Shown here: positions 30,244-40,484 of the stretch, piece after piece
Numbering within the stretch: position 1 is the stretch's first letter
Layout: the number at the start of each line of letters is the position of its first letter
Source: Candidatus Falkowbacteria bacterium
GTDB lineage: Bacteria > Patescibacteriota > Patescibacteriia > UBA11705 > JABHMO01
DNA: 64,000 bases
Reading direction: 5' to 3'
Assembly (NCBI GenBank): GCA_018674305.1
Contig: JABHAL010000004.1
Location: 256,446-320,445 of the forward strand
Translations under genes and position numbers: made by a program
Notes under the pieces: generated by a model
Seen by the model: the letters and a program-made list of their open reading frames with translations, nothing else
Databases searched by the model: none
Told to the model about the DNA's origin: nothing

Positions 30244-31524
30244 ATGTCAACACCATTTGAAAATGCAATTAAACAATTAGAAAAAGCTGCTCAAGTAATT
30301 AATCTTGATAATAAAGTTTTTCAATTGCTAAAAACTCCAGATCGAATTTTGCAAGTTAAAGTGCCAGTAAAAATGGACGATGATAGTTTGAAAATATTTG
30401 AAGGATACCGAGTTCAACATAATAATTGGGCTGGGCCATACAAAGGGGGTCTTCGTTATTATCCGACAGTTGATCTGGACGAAGTTAAAGCCTTAGCGTT
30501 TTGGATGACAATTAAATGTGCAGTGGCCGGGATTCCTATGGGTGGAGGAAAGGGTGGAGTTACCGTTAACCCAAAAGAGTTGAGTGAAGGTGAATTAGAA
30601 AGACTCAGTCGTGAGTTTGGTAAAGCTTTAGCTCCTAACATCGGACCGAAAGTGGACGTGCCAGCTCCAGACGTTTATACCAATTCAAAGATTATGAGTT
30701 GGGTGAAGGAATCATTTGTTGAATATCAAAAAAATATAATTAAAGAAAACGGTTTTGAATTGACTGAAAAACAAGAAAAAGAGTTTGATGCAGTTATTAC
30801 CGGTAAAGCAATTGATGAAGGTGGTAGTCTGGGCCGTGATCGTGCCACAGCAATGGGCGGATTTTACATCTTACAACAAATGGTTGAGACGCGATTAATC
30901 TCGTCTTTACAACCAACCATCGCCATTCAAGGTTTTGGTAATGCGGGTATGACCATGGCAGAGCTTTGCGCGGAAGCTGGTTATAAAGTTGTGGCCGTAT
31001 CTGACTCCAAGGGGGCTATTTATAATTCGGAAGGATTAGATATTAAAAAGGTGGTTGAACAAAAGAAATCCACAGGGCAAATTCAGGAGATTGAGGGTGG
31101 AAAGGAGATAACTAACAGTGAATTGCTGGAGTTAGAGGTGCACGTTTTGGTCCCAGCTGCCTTAGAAAATGTTATTACCAAGGACAATGCAGATAATGTT
31201 AAAGCCAAGTTTATTATTGAATTGGCCAATGGGCCGGTAACTCCAGAAGCAGATGAAATTTTAGCTAAAAATAGCATAAAATCAGTGCCTGATGTATTGG
31301 CTAATGCTGGTGGCGTAACTGTCAGTTATTTTGAATGGCAACAGAATTTAGATAATAGCTCCTGGACAGAAGAGGAGGTTCTTGCTAAGCTAAAGGAGGT
31401 TATTATTCCTGCCTGGAAAGAAACTTTGCAAATTCACCAAGAAAAGCAAATTGACTTAAGAACAGCTGCTTTTGTCCGAGCACTGGAAAGATTGAAAAGA
31501 CTTTGCTATACTATAAATACATAA
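30244..31524 (+). CDS. gdhA: Glu/Leu/Phe/Val dehydrogenase (glutamate dehydrogenase family)
   Basis: GPYKGGLRY, GGGKGG, DVPAPD, QGFGNAG, ELANGP, NAGGVTVSYFEW. Confidence 0.92.
   Translation: MSTPFENAIKQLEKAAQVINLDNKVFQLLKTPDRILQVKVPVKMDDDSLKIFEGYRVQHNNWAGPYKGGLRYYPTVDLDEVKALAFWMTIKCAVAGIPMGGGKGGVTVNPKELSEGELERLSREFGKALAPNIGPKVDVPAPDVYTNSKIMSWVKESFVEYQKNIIKENGFELTEKQEKEFDAVITGKAIDEGGSLGRDRATAMGGFYILQQMVETRLISSLQPTIAIQGFGNAGMTMAELCAEAGYKVVAVSDSKGAIYNSEGLDIKKVVEQKKSTGQIQEIEGGKEITNSELLELEVHVLVPAALENVITKDNADNVKAKFIIELANGPVTPEADEILAKNSIKSVPDVLANAGGVTVSYFEWQQNLDNSSWTEEEVLAKLKEVIIPAWKETLQIHQEKQIDLRTAAFVRALERLKRLCYTINT
30883..30910. repeat. GTAG-type REP-like palindrome in frame inside gdhA (peptide VETRLISSL)
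   Basis: gttgagacgcgattaatctcgtctttac is an imperfect version of GTAGAGACGCGATTAATCGCGTCTCTAC. Confidence 0.6.
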
Positions 31525-31548
31525 GAAAACTAATAATTTTCAAACACT

Positions 31549-31806
31549 ATGGCAAGAAAATTGAATCCAGCATTAATGAAACCATTAACACTTACTGCTG
31601 AATTAGAAGCTGTTGTTGGTAAAGGGCCAATGCCACGTTTCGAAGTTGTAAAAAAGATTTGGGTTTACATCAAGAAGAATGATCTTCAAAACCCAGAAAA
31701 CAAAAGAAACATTATTGCTGATGACAAGCTAAAACCACTTTTCGGTGGTAAAAAAGAAGTAAACATGTTTGAAATGACAAAACTTGTTTCAAAGCACATG
31801 AGCTAA
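31549..31806 (+). CDS. Stand-alone SWIB/MDM2-domain protein
   Basis: L.AVVG..PMPR.EVVKKIWVYIKKNDLQNP.NKRNI.AD.KL..LFG....MFEM.KL.SKH. Confidence 0.92.
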   Translation: MARKLNPALMKPLTLTAELEAVVGKGPMPRFEVVKKIWVYIKKNDLQNPENKRNIIADDKLKPLFGGKKEVNMFEMTKLVSKHMS

Positions 31807-31859
31807 ATGATATTATAAAGACCCGAGGTTTTATCTCGGGTCTTTTGTTTTAAATTAAA

Positions 31860-32507
31860 ATGATGTACCGTAATGATATGGACTATTCTTACGAACAAAA
31901 TTTAATTGATCAAGGCTACCAGTATATTTGTGGAATTGATGAAGCTGGTAGAGGCCCTTGGGCCGGACCATTGGTGGCTGGCGCGGTTATTCTTGATTCA
32001 AACAAGGATGATTATTTTCCTTTACTCAATGATTCTAAACAGTTGACTGCTAAGAGACGAGAGGAGGCTTTGTTTGAAATAATGGACAAGGCTAAAGCTT
32101 GGGCAGTCGGTCTGGTTCGTCATGGTGAAATTGATCAGCATGGTTTAGGCTTGGCTAATAAGATTGCGATGAAAAGAGCCTGGAGACATTTACCTATCAA
32201 ACCTGATTTTATTGCTTGTGATCATATGCATGGTTTGGCTTTTGAAACGCCAAGTGAAATTGTGAAAAAGGGAGATGCAACTATTATATCAATCGCGGCA
32301 GCTTCTATTGTAGCAAAAGTTTTTCGTGATCGGATGATGGAAGCTTTTTCCAGGAAATATCCGGAATATGAGTTTGAAAAACATAAAGGTTATGGAACTA
32401 AGCTTCATTTAGAAAATATGGAGAAATATGGAGTTTGTCCTATTCATCGACGTTGTTTTAAACCAGTGGCTAGAATAGAATTATTTGGTAAGAAAACTAA
32501 ACAGTAG
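31860..32507 (+). CDS. rnhB: Ribonuclease HII
   Basis: GIDEAGRGPWAGP, NDSKQL, KGD...SIAAASIVAKV.RD, HKGYGT. Confidence 0.95.
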   Translation: MMYRNDMDYSYEQNLIDQGYQYICGIDEAGRGPWAGPLVAGAVILDSNKDDYFPLLNDSKQLTAKRREEALFEIMDKAKAWAVGLVRHGEIDQHGLGLANKIAMKRAWRHLPIKPDFIACDHMHGLAFETPSEIVKKGDATIISIAAASIVAKVFRDRMMEAFSRKYPEYEFEKHKGYGTKLHLENMEKYGVCPIHRRCFKPVARIELFGKKTKQ

Positions 32508-32662
32508 GTAGATTATCAGTTTTAAATAGCGAAAATTTTTCGAGTGAATTTGATAGTCACTGGAGACAGTATGCTATTGACAAAAAATTCAGCTTAATGT
32601 AATATAGGATGAATAACTTGAATTATTTGATTTAAGTAAACTAACCCTTTTGGAGGTGGGCC

Positions 32663-32959
32663 ATGGCTAGAAATGGAAAGCCAGGTTACTTTATTCTTCT
32701 TGACGACATTGAACATACTCTGCTGAAGGCACAACAGCATTTTGCAGAGGGGAGATTGGCCGAAAAAAATGAGTGTTTTAACGTATTTAGTGCTTTTTGC
32801 GCAACTCTAGAAAGATTCGATGATATTCCCCCTGACAAAAATCAACAGATTCTAGAAAAGTTACGTCAAATGCAATCAAGTTTGGAAAATGAATCCGAAT
32901 TTGAGGATTTTTCTGGAAAATTGCGATCCTTAGCCAGTGCTCTAGGAAGTAACCAATAG
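32663..32959 (+). CDS. Hypothetical protein
   Basis: GGAGGTG SD, TTGACA upstream, terminator at about 32970-32998. Confidence 0.65.
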   Translation: MARNGKPGYFILLDDIEHTLLKAQQHFAEGRLAEKNECFNVFSAFCATLERFDDIPPDKNQQILEKLRQMQSSLENESEFEDFSGKLRSLASALGSNQ

Positions 32960-33123
32960 AAATTCAATCACCCCTTTTTAACAGAAAGGGGTTTTTTATT
33001 TAATTTTACCTAATACTTGACATAATCGAGACATTGTGCTATATTACTATGATAATTGAACTTTGAAATGATCCTAAAGTACTTCGATGTTACATCAAAG
33101 ACTTTAGGGCAAGGGGCTAAATA

Positions 33124-34506
33124 ATGCAGAGAAACCATGTGATTATTGGTTTGATCCTACTAGGAGTAATTTTCCTAGCGATTTCTTTACCACTCGGACT
33201 GTTTTGGGTGGCGAAGAGCGCAACCCAAGATGAATGGAATTCCAAGGTTAGTGGTCGTCGGACACCAGCTGAGATTAAGGGAATTATGGACGCTATGGTT
33301 AGGTATAACCAAGAGCCACCAAACTTTCTTCCGCAGTCTGGATTAGATGATCACCTTTGTGCAGCAACAGTAATCAACGCAATGAATTTCATTGTCGGTG
33401 AAGACCTGTTGCAATCTGTACCAGCTTGGTTTTTTCAAAAAACCAATCAGGACAAATTGACTTTGGTGTTTGATCGATCTGATGACTTTACTGTTGAAGG
33501 CAGTTCAGTTGTTGAAAAAAAAGATCGTGGCTTTTGGTTAAGTAAGATTTTACCAGATCCTAATGGTATGTACGTTCTTGGGTATTTGTACCGAGATAGT
33601 GTAGCCATGGGAACTTTGGCAAAAAAGGAACTAGGCGCAACGTTGAATTCACATTTGATGCTACTTTTACCAAAGGTTGGTGAGCATCGTTGGGGATTTC
33701 ACTTGTTCCACGCGCCCGGCAAAGAGCACCTTAATCCGGTCTTGATTGAAAGGCTGGATGACAGGATGGCCAAGGATTTCGACCTGATCTACATTTGGCA
33801 GATCAAAGGAATTGAGTTGCCAGAAAAAGGTGAGGACATGTTCGTGGTGAATGATTCTTTACCTTATGAAAAGGTTCATTCGCATTTGAACAATGGTCCG
33901 GAGTTTTTGGAATATTACTTAGATACAATTGCTGTGTGGTGGCTGAATTTTGGTCGCTACGAGCAGTTTCCCGATGTTGTTAAACTCCATGACGGAGTGG
34001 TTAAAGTACCGCTTAACGGTAAAGTGTTTCATGGAAAAGTTTTGGGCTTTTACAAAAAAGTCCCGATCTACTATCATGGACACGAAACCCAAGCTCGAAG
34101 CAACTTTGGTCAAACCTGGCAGTGCGTTGAATATGCAAACAGGTTTTTGGTTAAAGCTTGCGAGCATCGCAATCTAGAAAGGACTGGTCATGCAGACAGT
34201 TATTTCTGGAAAGCGAAGGCTAAGGGGTTGGAATCATATCTGAATGGTAGCTTGACCGCACCACAGCCAGATGATTTGCTCATATTTGATAAGTCAGATT
34301 CAGATGGTAAGGTCGGTCACATAGCAGTTATCACTAGCGTTGATAAAGATAAAGTTTGTTTCGTGCAACAGAACTTTGGCAAGCGATGGTATGACTGTTT
34401 GCCAGTTGTGGTTTCTGATCATAATTGGTACATTGAAGCAGGAAAACCTTATCCAGCACTTGTTGCTGGTTGGGTTAGAGCTAAGAATAATGCAGTAAAC
34501 TTATAG
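33124..34506 (+). CDS. Membrane-anchored CHAP-domain (papain-like) amidase/peptidase
   Basis: N-terminal TM helix; WQCVEYANRF, GHA..Y, PQPDDLLIF, GHIAVI, VQQN. Confidence 0.82.
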   Translation: MQRNHVIIGLILLGVIFLAISLPLGLFWVAKSATQDEWNSKVSGRRTPAEIKGIMDAMVRYNQEPPNFLPQSGLDDHLCAATVINAMNFIVGEDLLQSVPAWFFQKTNQDKLTLVFDRSDDFTVEGSSVVEKKDRGFWLSKILPDPNGMYVLGYLYRDSVAMGTLAKKELGATLNSHLMLLLPKVGEHRWGFHLFHAPGKEHLNPVLIERLDDRMAKDFDLIYIWQIKGIELPEKGEDMFVVNDSLPYEKVHSHLNNGPEFLEYYLDTIAVWWLNFGRYEQFPDVVKLHDGVVKVPLNGKVFHGKVLGFYKKVPIYYHGHETQARSNFGQTWQCVEYANRFLVKACEHRNLERTGHADSYFWKAKAKGLESYLNGSLTAPQPDDLLIFDKSDSDGKVGHIAVITSVDKDKVCFVQQNFGKRWYDCLPVVVSDHNWYIEAGKPYPALVAGWVRAKNNAVNL

Positions 34507-34520
34507 AGCAAGGAGAAAGA

Positions 34521-35048
34521 ATGAAAGGGACTAAGAAACTTTGTTGTATGATTGCTCTGGCTATGTTGTCACTATTGCTCATGGGCGGTGGTGGACCTGA
34601 TTACAATGGTTGTGATTGTGACTGGGATAGCGATAGTTCTTCATATGAAGCATCTGAGCCAGATCCATGCCAAATTGCTAAGCGAGCTGCCTTTGAAAAA
34701 GGCCAAAAGGCTGGGAGGAATCAGGCTGAAAGTGTTGCCGAGAAAAATCGCATGGAATTGCATCAGGAGATTGATCTTAAGCAAGCTACTATCGATAAGT
34801 TGAAGGCTGAAATGAAGGCGATTCAGGAAGTTGCCAAAATTGAGGCTGAACAAAAACCCGAGGATCTCCAAACTCAGCTGATAAAGATTATTACTGTGAA
34901 GAAGGGATACTGGGTGAAGAAGCATGTGGATGAGGTAGAAGGTTCGGATATTCGAGCCACCTACATTTGCAATTCCTGGGAATGGGGAAAAGCGAATCCA
35001 ACGGTGTTTCCGGGGGATAAACTCAAAGTCTGCAAGTTTTCTGAATGA
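34521..35048 (+). CDS. Secreted coiled-coil protein with LysM-like C-terminus
   Basis: Signal peptide, coiled coil, ITVKKGYWV...NPTVFPGDKLKV. Confidence 0.6.
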   Translation: MKGTKKLCCMIALAMLSLLLMGGGGPDYNGCDCDWDSDSSSYEASEPDPCQIAKRAAFEKGQKAGRNQAESVAEKNRMELHQEIDLKQATIDKLKAEMKAIQEVAKIEAEQKPEDLQTQLIKIITVKKGYWVKKHVDEVEGSDIRATYICNSWEWGKANPTVFPGDKLKVCKFSE

Positions 35049-35165
35049 ATGTAAACACAAAGAAGTCTTACGTCACACGTGAGGCTTCTTTTTATCCTTG
35101 AAAAGTTAGTTAAATTAGGGTAGAATATTAATGTTGTTACAAATTCTACAAATATTAGTAATCTT

Positions 35166-37991
35166 ATGAAGTACGATCACAAAAAAATTGAAAAAAGGTG
35201 GCAGAAATTTTGGCAAGAAAATGAAGTTTATAAAACTCAGGATGATAAAGAAAAACCAAAGTATTATATTTTGGATATGTTCCCTTACCCTTCAGGTGCA
35301 GGTTTGCATGTGGGACATCCAAAGGGTTACATTGCCACTGATATAATTGCTCGTATGAAAATGATGCAGGGCCATAATGTTCTTCATCCTATGGGGTGGG
35401 ACGCTTTTGGTTTGCCGGCAGAAAATTATGCAATTAAAAATAAAGTTCATCCACGCGATGCAGTAGCCAAAAATGTTAAAGTTTTCAAGGAACAGTTGAA
35501 TAAAATTGGATTTACTTATGACTGGAGTCGCGAGATTAATACCACAGATCAAGATTATTATAAGTGGACTCAGTGGACGTTTTTGAAAATGTTTGAAAAA
35601 GGTTTGGCTTATGAATCTGAAGAACCGATTATTTGGTGTCCAAGTTGTCAGACTGGCTTAGCAATGGAAGACTTGGAGGATGGCAGGTGTGAACGTTGTA
35701 ATAGTGAGATTGAACGGAAACCAATGCGCCAGTGGGTTTTGAAAATTACTGATTATGCTGAGCGTTTATTGAATGATTTAGATAAGTTAGATAAGTGGCC
35801 AGATTCTATTCGAGAGATGCAGAAGCATTGGATTGGTAGATCAGAGGGAGCTGAGGTAAAATTTGAAATCCGAAATTCGAAATTCGAAATTACCGTTTTT
35901 ACTACTCGTGCTGACACTTTGTTTGGGGCGACATTTATGGTGTTAGCGCCTGAACATCCGTTAGTTCAAGAAATCACAACTGAAGAAAATAAAAAACAAG
36001 TTGAAAAATATATTAAAAAAGCTTCAGCTAAATCAGATCTTGAACGAGCAGAATTACAAAAAGATAAATCTGGGGTTTTTAGTGGAGCGTATGCCATAAA
36101 TCCTGTTAATAATGAAGAAATACCAATTTGGATTGCTGATTATGTTTTGATGAACTATGGCACCGGTGCAATTATGGCTGTTCCAGCGCATGATCAACGT
36201 GATTTTGAGTTTGCAAAGAAATACGATATTCCGATCGTGCCAGTTGTAATGCCATTTATCAAGGCTCAGGATAATGATTTGCCAAAAAAGAACAAAAAAA
36301 CAGAAAAGAGAAATAATGTGATTGTAGTTGTTAAACATTGGGCAGAGGATAAATATTTTTGCTTGGATTGGAAGAATTTCGGTTGGACTTCTTTTGTTGT
36401 CGGTGGAATTGAGGATGGCGAAAGTTCCGAAGATGCAGCTTTGCGAGAAATGAGAGAAGAGTCGGGTTATCAAAATGTTAAGTCAATTAAAAAATTAGGT
36501 GGACCGATAGCTACAAATTTTTTTGCTAAACACAAGGATATTAATCGTGAAACGGTTATTGAAGGCTTTTATGTTGAATTAACTGATGGTGAATATGTTG
36601 AACCATTAGATAAGGATGTTGAGCATCATGTTGGACAGTGGGTTGATAAGGATAAAGTGTCTTCATTTATTAATTTGGAAAATCATTCCTGGTTTTTTGA
36701 TATATCAACGAATGGAGAATCAGTTTATTCTGGTAAAGGAATAAGTATTAATTCTGAGGAATTCAATGGACAAACTACATTAGAAGCTATGGAGGGAATT
36801 GTTAAAAAAGCTGGAGCAATCAAAAAAATAAATTATAAACTTCAAGACTGGGTTTTTTCTCGTCAGCGATATTGGGGTGAGCCAATTCCAATAATTCATT
36901 GTGAAAAGTGTGGCCCCGTAGCAGTTCCAGAAAAAGATTTACCAGTTAAACTACCGGAAGTTGAGAGTTACGAACCAACTGGAACAGGTGAGTCACCTTT
37001 GGCAGGTATTGATGAATGGGTGAATGTTGAATGTCCGAAGTGCGGTGGTCTAGGAAAAAGAGAAACTAATACCATGCCTCAGTGGGCAGGTTCCAATTGG
37101 TATTATCTTCGTTATATTGATCCAGCTAATGATAAAGCTTTAGTCGACAAAGAAAAAGAAAAATATTGGTCTCCAGTTGATTTTTATGTCGGCGGTGCAG
37201 AGCATGCTACTCGGCATTTAATTTATTCCCGGTTTTGGCATAAGTTTTTATTTGATATCGGAGCAGTTAGTTATGATGAACCATTTACTCGACTTCAGCA
37301 TGTAGGTTTAATCATGGCCGAAGATGGCCGAAAAATGAGTAAGCGCTGGGGGAATGTTATCAATCCAGATGATATTATAAAAGAGTACGGCGCTGATGCC
37401 CTGCGTGCTTACGAAATGTTCATGGGTCCATTTGATCAGGCTAGTGTTTGGGATACTAATGGGTTGCGAGGAGTCAAAAAGTTTTTGGATAAGGCACACG
37501 ATTTAGGAGGTAAAGGGGACAAAGGAGATAATAAAGAAATTGTTACTCTGTTGCATAAAACGATAAAAAAAGTCACCAAAGACATTGAAACTATGGATTT
37601 CAATACTGCTATTTCACAGATGATGATTTTTGTAAATAAAATTCAATCAACTGGCTGTAGTCAACAGACACGTAAAATGTTTTTACAAGTATTGAGTCCG
37701 TTCGCACCACATTTGTGTGAAGAATTATGGAGTCAGCTCGGGGAAAAGCAAAGTATTTTCTTGTCTGAGTGGCCAAAGCATGATGAGAAGTTAATTATTG
37801 AGGAGACAGTTGAAATTCCAGTCCAAATAAATGGCAAAGTACGAGTTAAGCTTCAGGTTGAACCTAATATTTTAGAAGAAAAATTGAAAGAATTGGTTTT
37901 TGCTGATGACCAAGTGCAACGATACGTTGAAGACAAAGAAGTAAAGAAATTCATTTATGTTAAGGGCAGGTTAGTAAGTTTAGTGGTTTAA
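35166..37991 (+). CDS. leuS: Leucine--tRNA ligase with inserted Nudix domain
   Basis: MFPYPSGAGLHVGH, GTGAIMAVPAHDQRD, SRQRYWG, KMSKR; Nudix box GGIEDGESSEDAALREMREESG. Confidence 0.96.
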   Translation: MKYDHKKIEKRWQKFWQENEVYKTQDDKEKPKYYILDMFPYPSGAGLHVGHPKGYIATDIIARMKMMQGHNVLHPMGWDAFGLPAENYAIKNKVHPRDAVAKNVKVFKEQLNKIGFTYDWSREINTTDQDYYKWTQWTFLKMFEKGLAYESEEPIIWCPSCQTGLAMEDLEDGRCERCNSEIERKPMRQWVLKITDYAERLLNDLDKLDKWPDSIREMQKHWIGRSEGAEVKFEIRNSKFEITVFTTRADTLFGATFMVLAPEHPLVQEITTEENKKQVEKYIKKASAKSDLERAELQKDKSGVFSGAYAINPVNNEEIPIWIADYVLMNYGTGAIMAVPAHDQRDFEFAKKYDIPIVPVVMPFIKAQDNDLPKKNKKTEKRNNVIVVVKHWAEDKYFCLDWKNFGWTSFVVGGIEDGESSEDAALREMREESGYQNVKSIKKLGGPIATNFFAKHKDINRETVIEGFYVELTDGEYVEPLDKDVEHHVGQWVDKDKVSSFINLENHSWFFDISTNGESVYSGKGISINSEEFNGQTTLEAMEGIVKKAGAIKKINYKLQDWVFSRQRYWGEPIPIIHCEKCGPVAVPEKDLPVKLPEVESYEPTGTGESPLAGIDEWVNVECPKCGGLGKRETNTMPQWAGSNWYYLRYIDPANDKALVDKEKEKYWSPVDFYVGGAEHATRHLIYSRFWHKFLFDIGAVSYDEPFTRLQHVGLIMAEDGRKMSKRWGNVINPDDIIKEYGADALRAYEMFMGPFDQASVWDTNGLRGVKKFLDKAHDLGGKGDKGDNKEIVTLLHKTIKKVTKDIETMDFNTAISQMMIFVNKIQSTGCSQQTRKMFLQVLSPFAPHLCEELWSQLGEKQSIFLSEWPKHDEKLIIEETVEIPVQINGKVRVKLQVEPNILEEKLKELVFADDQVQRYVEDKEVKKFIYVKGRLVSLVV

Positions 37992-38105
37992 TATATTGGA
38001 AAATAATAAAAGAGCTCAGTCATGTTGCATGACTGAGCTTTGTTTTTCATTCATTGAATGCTTTACACAGATATTCATTCTTGTCTTCCAATCATTCCAA
38101 TTCAA

Positions 38106-38312
38106 TTAAGCTGCATCAAGGTACCTTTCAACTTTTTCTTTCATTTTTGGTTTGGGTGCTCCGGGAAAGAGGATTAAATCGTCGGGTCCACTTCTGGAAC
38201 TGCAACCACCAGGACCAGCTTCCATTTTCTCCTTTTCATCGTCCTCAGGACACTTGAAGTTTAACAACTCGTTAATAAGAACACTTTGCAATGGTTGGCG
38301 TAGAGTTTTCAT
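38106..38312 (-). CDS. Small hypothetical protein (68 aa)
   Basis: GGAGG SD before MKTLRQ; minus-strand TTGACA and GTTCATTAG upstream; shared terminator at about 38010-38048. Confidence 0.5.
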   Translation of the reverse strand: MKTLRQPLQSVLINELLNFKCPEDDEKEKMEAGPGGCSSRSGPDDLILFPGAPKPKMKEKVERYLDAA

Positions 38313-38654
38313 TTTAACCTCCATTTCACGCCTATTGAATATGCTCAGCAGTCCCTTACTGCCGAACAAACACACCTTCTCTATTTATATTGTATGACAT
38401 CAAAATACTAATGAACATAGTTTTTGTGGACAAGATTTGTCTGTTTTTGTCAATCTATAATTAATTATTTTTATAAAAAGAAGATTTACATTTTAGAAAT
38501 TATTTACATTGTTAACATAAAGTATGAAAATTTAGAACAAAAAGAATGTTATAAATCAGTAACAATAGTGTCGGATTTGTGGATAACTACTTTGAAATGT
38601 TGTCAGAACCTGCTAACATTTAAGTAGAGGGGTTTGACGACTAAAAATTGAAAT

Positions 38655-39407
38655 ATGGCACTAGCACAGGAATTATTAGCAATTGGTTTAAGTGATAAGG
38701 AGGCAGATGTTTATTTAGCTGCATTGCAGCTTGGTTATTCTTCTGTTCAAGAAATATCACAGAAAGCTAATATTAATCGCACAACAGCATACACCCACAT
38801 TAAAAATTTAATCAGTCGGGGACTTTTGAATGCAACCGAAAAAAATGGTAAAATTTTTTATGTCGCTGAACGACCAGAAAAATTGGAATATATTTATGAA
38901 CAGCAGGAAAATGAAATCAAGCGCAGGCGACAGATGTTAGATCAAATCATGCCCAAGTTAGAATCTCTTTATAATGTAGCGAAAGATAAGCCTTCAGTTC
39001 GCTATTATAACTATAACAGCCCAGAAGATTTAAAGGTTGTTAGACAAGAAATTGCTCAACGGCGATCCAATATAATGTATAATATTTTTAATTATGAATT
39101 GTATAAAGATTATGTCTCTCGTCGTCATGTACAAAACATTTTAGATTCAGTCCAGACTTTTAAAACTATATATATAGCGAATCATAAAATTGTTGATAGC
39201 CGTTTACGACCACTCTTAAAAAACGATAAATTTTTCATTAAATTTCTCACAGAAGCAAAGTTTGGATTTTTGTGTGAAGTTCTAATATCTGATGATAATG
39301 TTTATATTGCTGGCAAAGGAGATTGGTTAATCATTCGCGATGAACTTTTTTCGCAAACCCTTGGTTTGTTATTTGAAGCTTTGTGGGGCATTGCTGAGGA
39401 ATTTTAA
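38655..39407 (+). CDS. TrmB-family HTH transcriptional regulator
   Basis: GLSDKEA.VYLAAL.LG....EI.QKA.INRTT.Y....L...GL, AERP. Confidence 0.85.
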   Translation: MALAQELLAIGLSDKEADVYLAALQLGYSSVQEISQKANINRTTAYTHIKNLISRGLLNATEKNGKIFYVAERPEKLEYIYEQQENEIKRRRQMLDQIMPKLESLYNVAKDKPSVRYYNYNSPEDLKVVRQEIAQRRSNIMYNIFNYELYKDYVSRRHVQNILDSVQTFKTIYIANHKIVDSRLRPLLKNDKFFIKFLTEAKFGFLCEVLISDDNVYIAGKGDWLIIRDELFSQTLGLLFEALWGIAEEF

Positions 39408-39428
39408 ATAAACACAAAATAAAAAAGT

Positions 39429-40172
39429 ATGTTAATTAAAGAGTTACAAGAATTTGGTTTAAGTGATAAAGAATCTAGAGTTTATTTGGCTGCTCTTGAA
39501 CTAGGAACATCCACGATTCAGGAACTTTCACAGAAATCAAATGTTAATCGAGCAACTACCTATATTCAGGTGGAGACATTGTTAAAAAGAGGATTGCTCA
39601 GTACAGTAGATAAAAATAAAAAAAGTGTTTTTATTGCTGAGCGACCTGACCGATTGTTGTCGATCCTGGATGAACAAAAGCAAAAGATTGAGAATAAACA
39701 TGACAAGATAAAAAAACTTATACCTGATTTTGAAGCTTTATATAATGTGATTGGCGATCGGCCAAGAGTTAGATTTTTTGAAGGAAGTGTAGGTGTGGAT
39801 GCTTGGAGGCAGGATGTTTATAAGTTTGGCCCAAGTCAGCTAGATATGATTTTACCGTTAGTAGAGGATTTTGATGAAAAGAGTCAAGATACAAGTTTTC
39901 TAGAGAAAATTTTAACGCGTGTTCAAGCGGTGAGATTATTAGTCCCGGAAGAAAAAAGACAATTCATGAATAAGATTTTAACATCAGAAAATTTGCTTGT
40001 GAAATATCACAAGTTAGTTGATTTTAGAGCTGAAATGATAATATATAGTAATAAGGTTTATATTAGCAAGGCTCTAGGCGCTGCTAATATGGCTGTGTTG
40101 ATGGAGGACAAAATGTTTTATAAGAGTTTTTTGGCGATATATGATGTTTTGTGGGATGTTGCAGAAGAGTAA
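39429..40172 (+). CDS. TrmB-family HTH transcriptional regulator (tandem paralog)
   Basis: GLSDKESRVYLAALELG..TIQELSQKSNVNRATTY; RPRVRFFEG. Confidence 0.85.
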   Translation: MLIKELQEFGLSDKESRVYLAALELGTSTIQELSQKSNVNRATTYIQVETLLKRGLLSTVDKNKKSVFIAERPDRLLSILDEQKQKIENKHDKIKKLIPDFEALYNVIGDRPRVRFFEGSVGVDAWRQDVYKFGPSQLDMILPLVEDFDEKSQDTSFLEKILTRVQAVRLLVPEEKRQFMNKILTSENLLVKYHKLVDFRAEMIIYSNKVYISKALGAANMAVLMEDKMFYKSFLAIYDVLWDVAEE

Positions 40173-40265
40173 ACTTTTTAAAAATGAAAACACCATCAGA
40201 TTTGTACTGATGGTGTTGTTTTTAAACACAGGAAAGTCAGTATTATTTATTACCTCGGGGGGCGA

Positions 40266-40484
40266 CTAGCGCAACACTCCCGCAGTAGGAAAACGCGTTA
40301 TTTTCGGAAGACCATTTTCAGTTTTACTTATCGATGAAAAACCAGTTCCACCACCAAGTCCAGACATCTTTACTTCACGAACGTGTAAAACATTTGAGTT
40401 ACTCACTCTCGGTGTCAACTGTGTGCAGCAATTTGCAGCAGTGTGTAATCTGCTTCTCGTAAAAGGATAAAATTTTGCCCGCAT
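40266..40484 (-). CDS. Small hypothetical protein
   Basis: AAGGAGG SD; promoter TTGACA(40571-40566), 17 bp, TATACT(40548-40543). Confidence 0.5.
   Translation of the reverse strand: MRAKFYPFTRSRLHTAANCCTQLTPRVSNSNVLHVREVKMSGLGGGTGFSSISKTENGLPKITRFPTAGVLR

Noticed and set aside
38106-38312. Homology between this ORF (AGPGGC) and the GPGGxxCxCC protein at 51531
   Set aside because: Only five residues are shared and there is no Cys cluster, so the match is likely chance.
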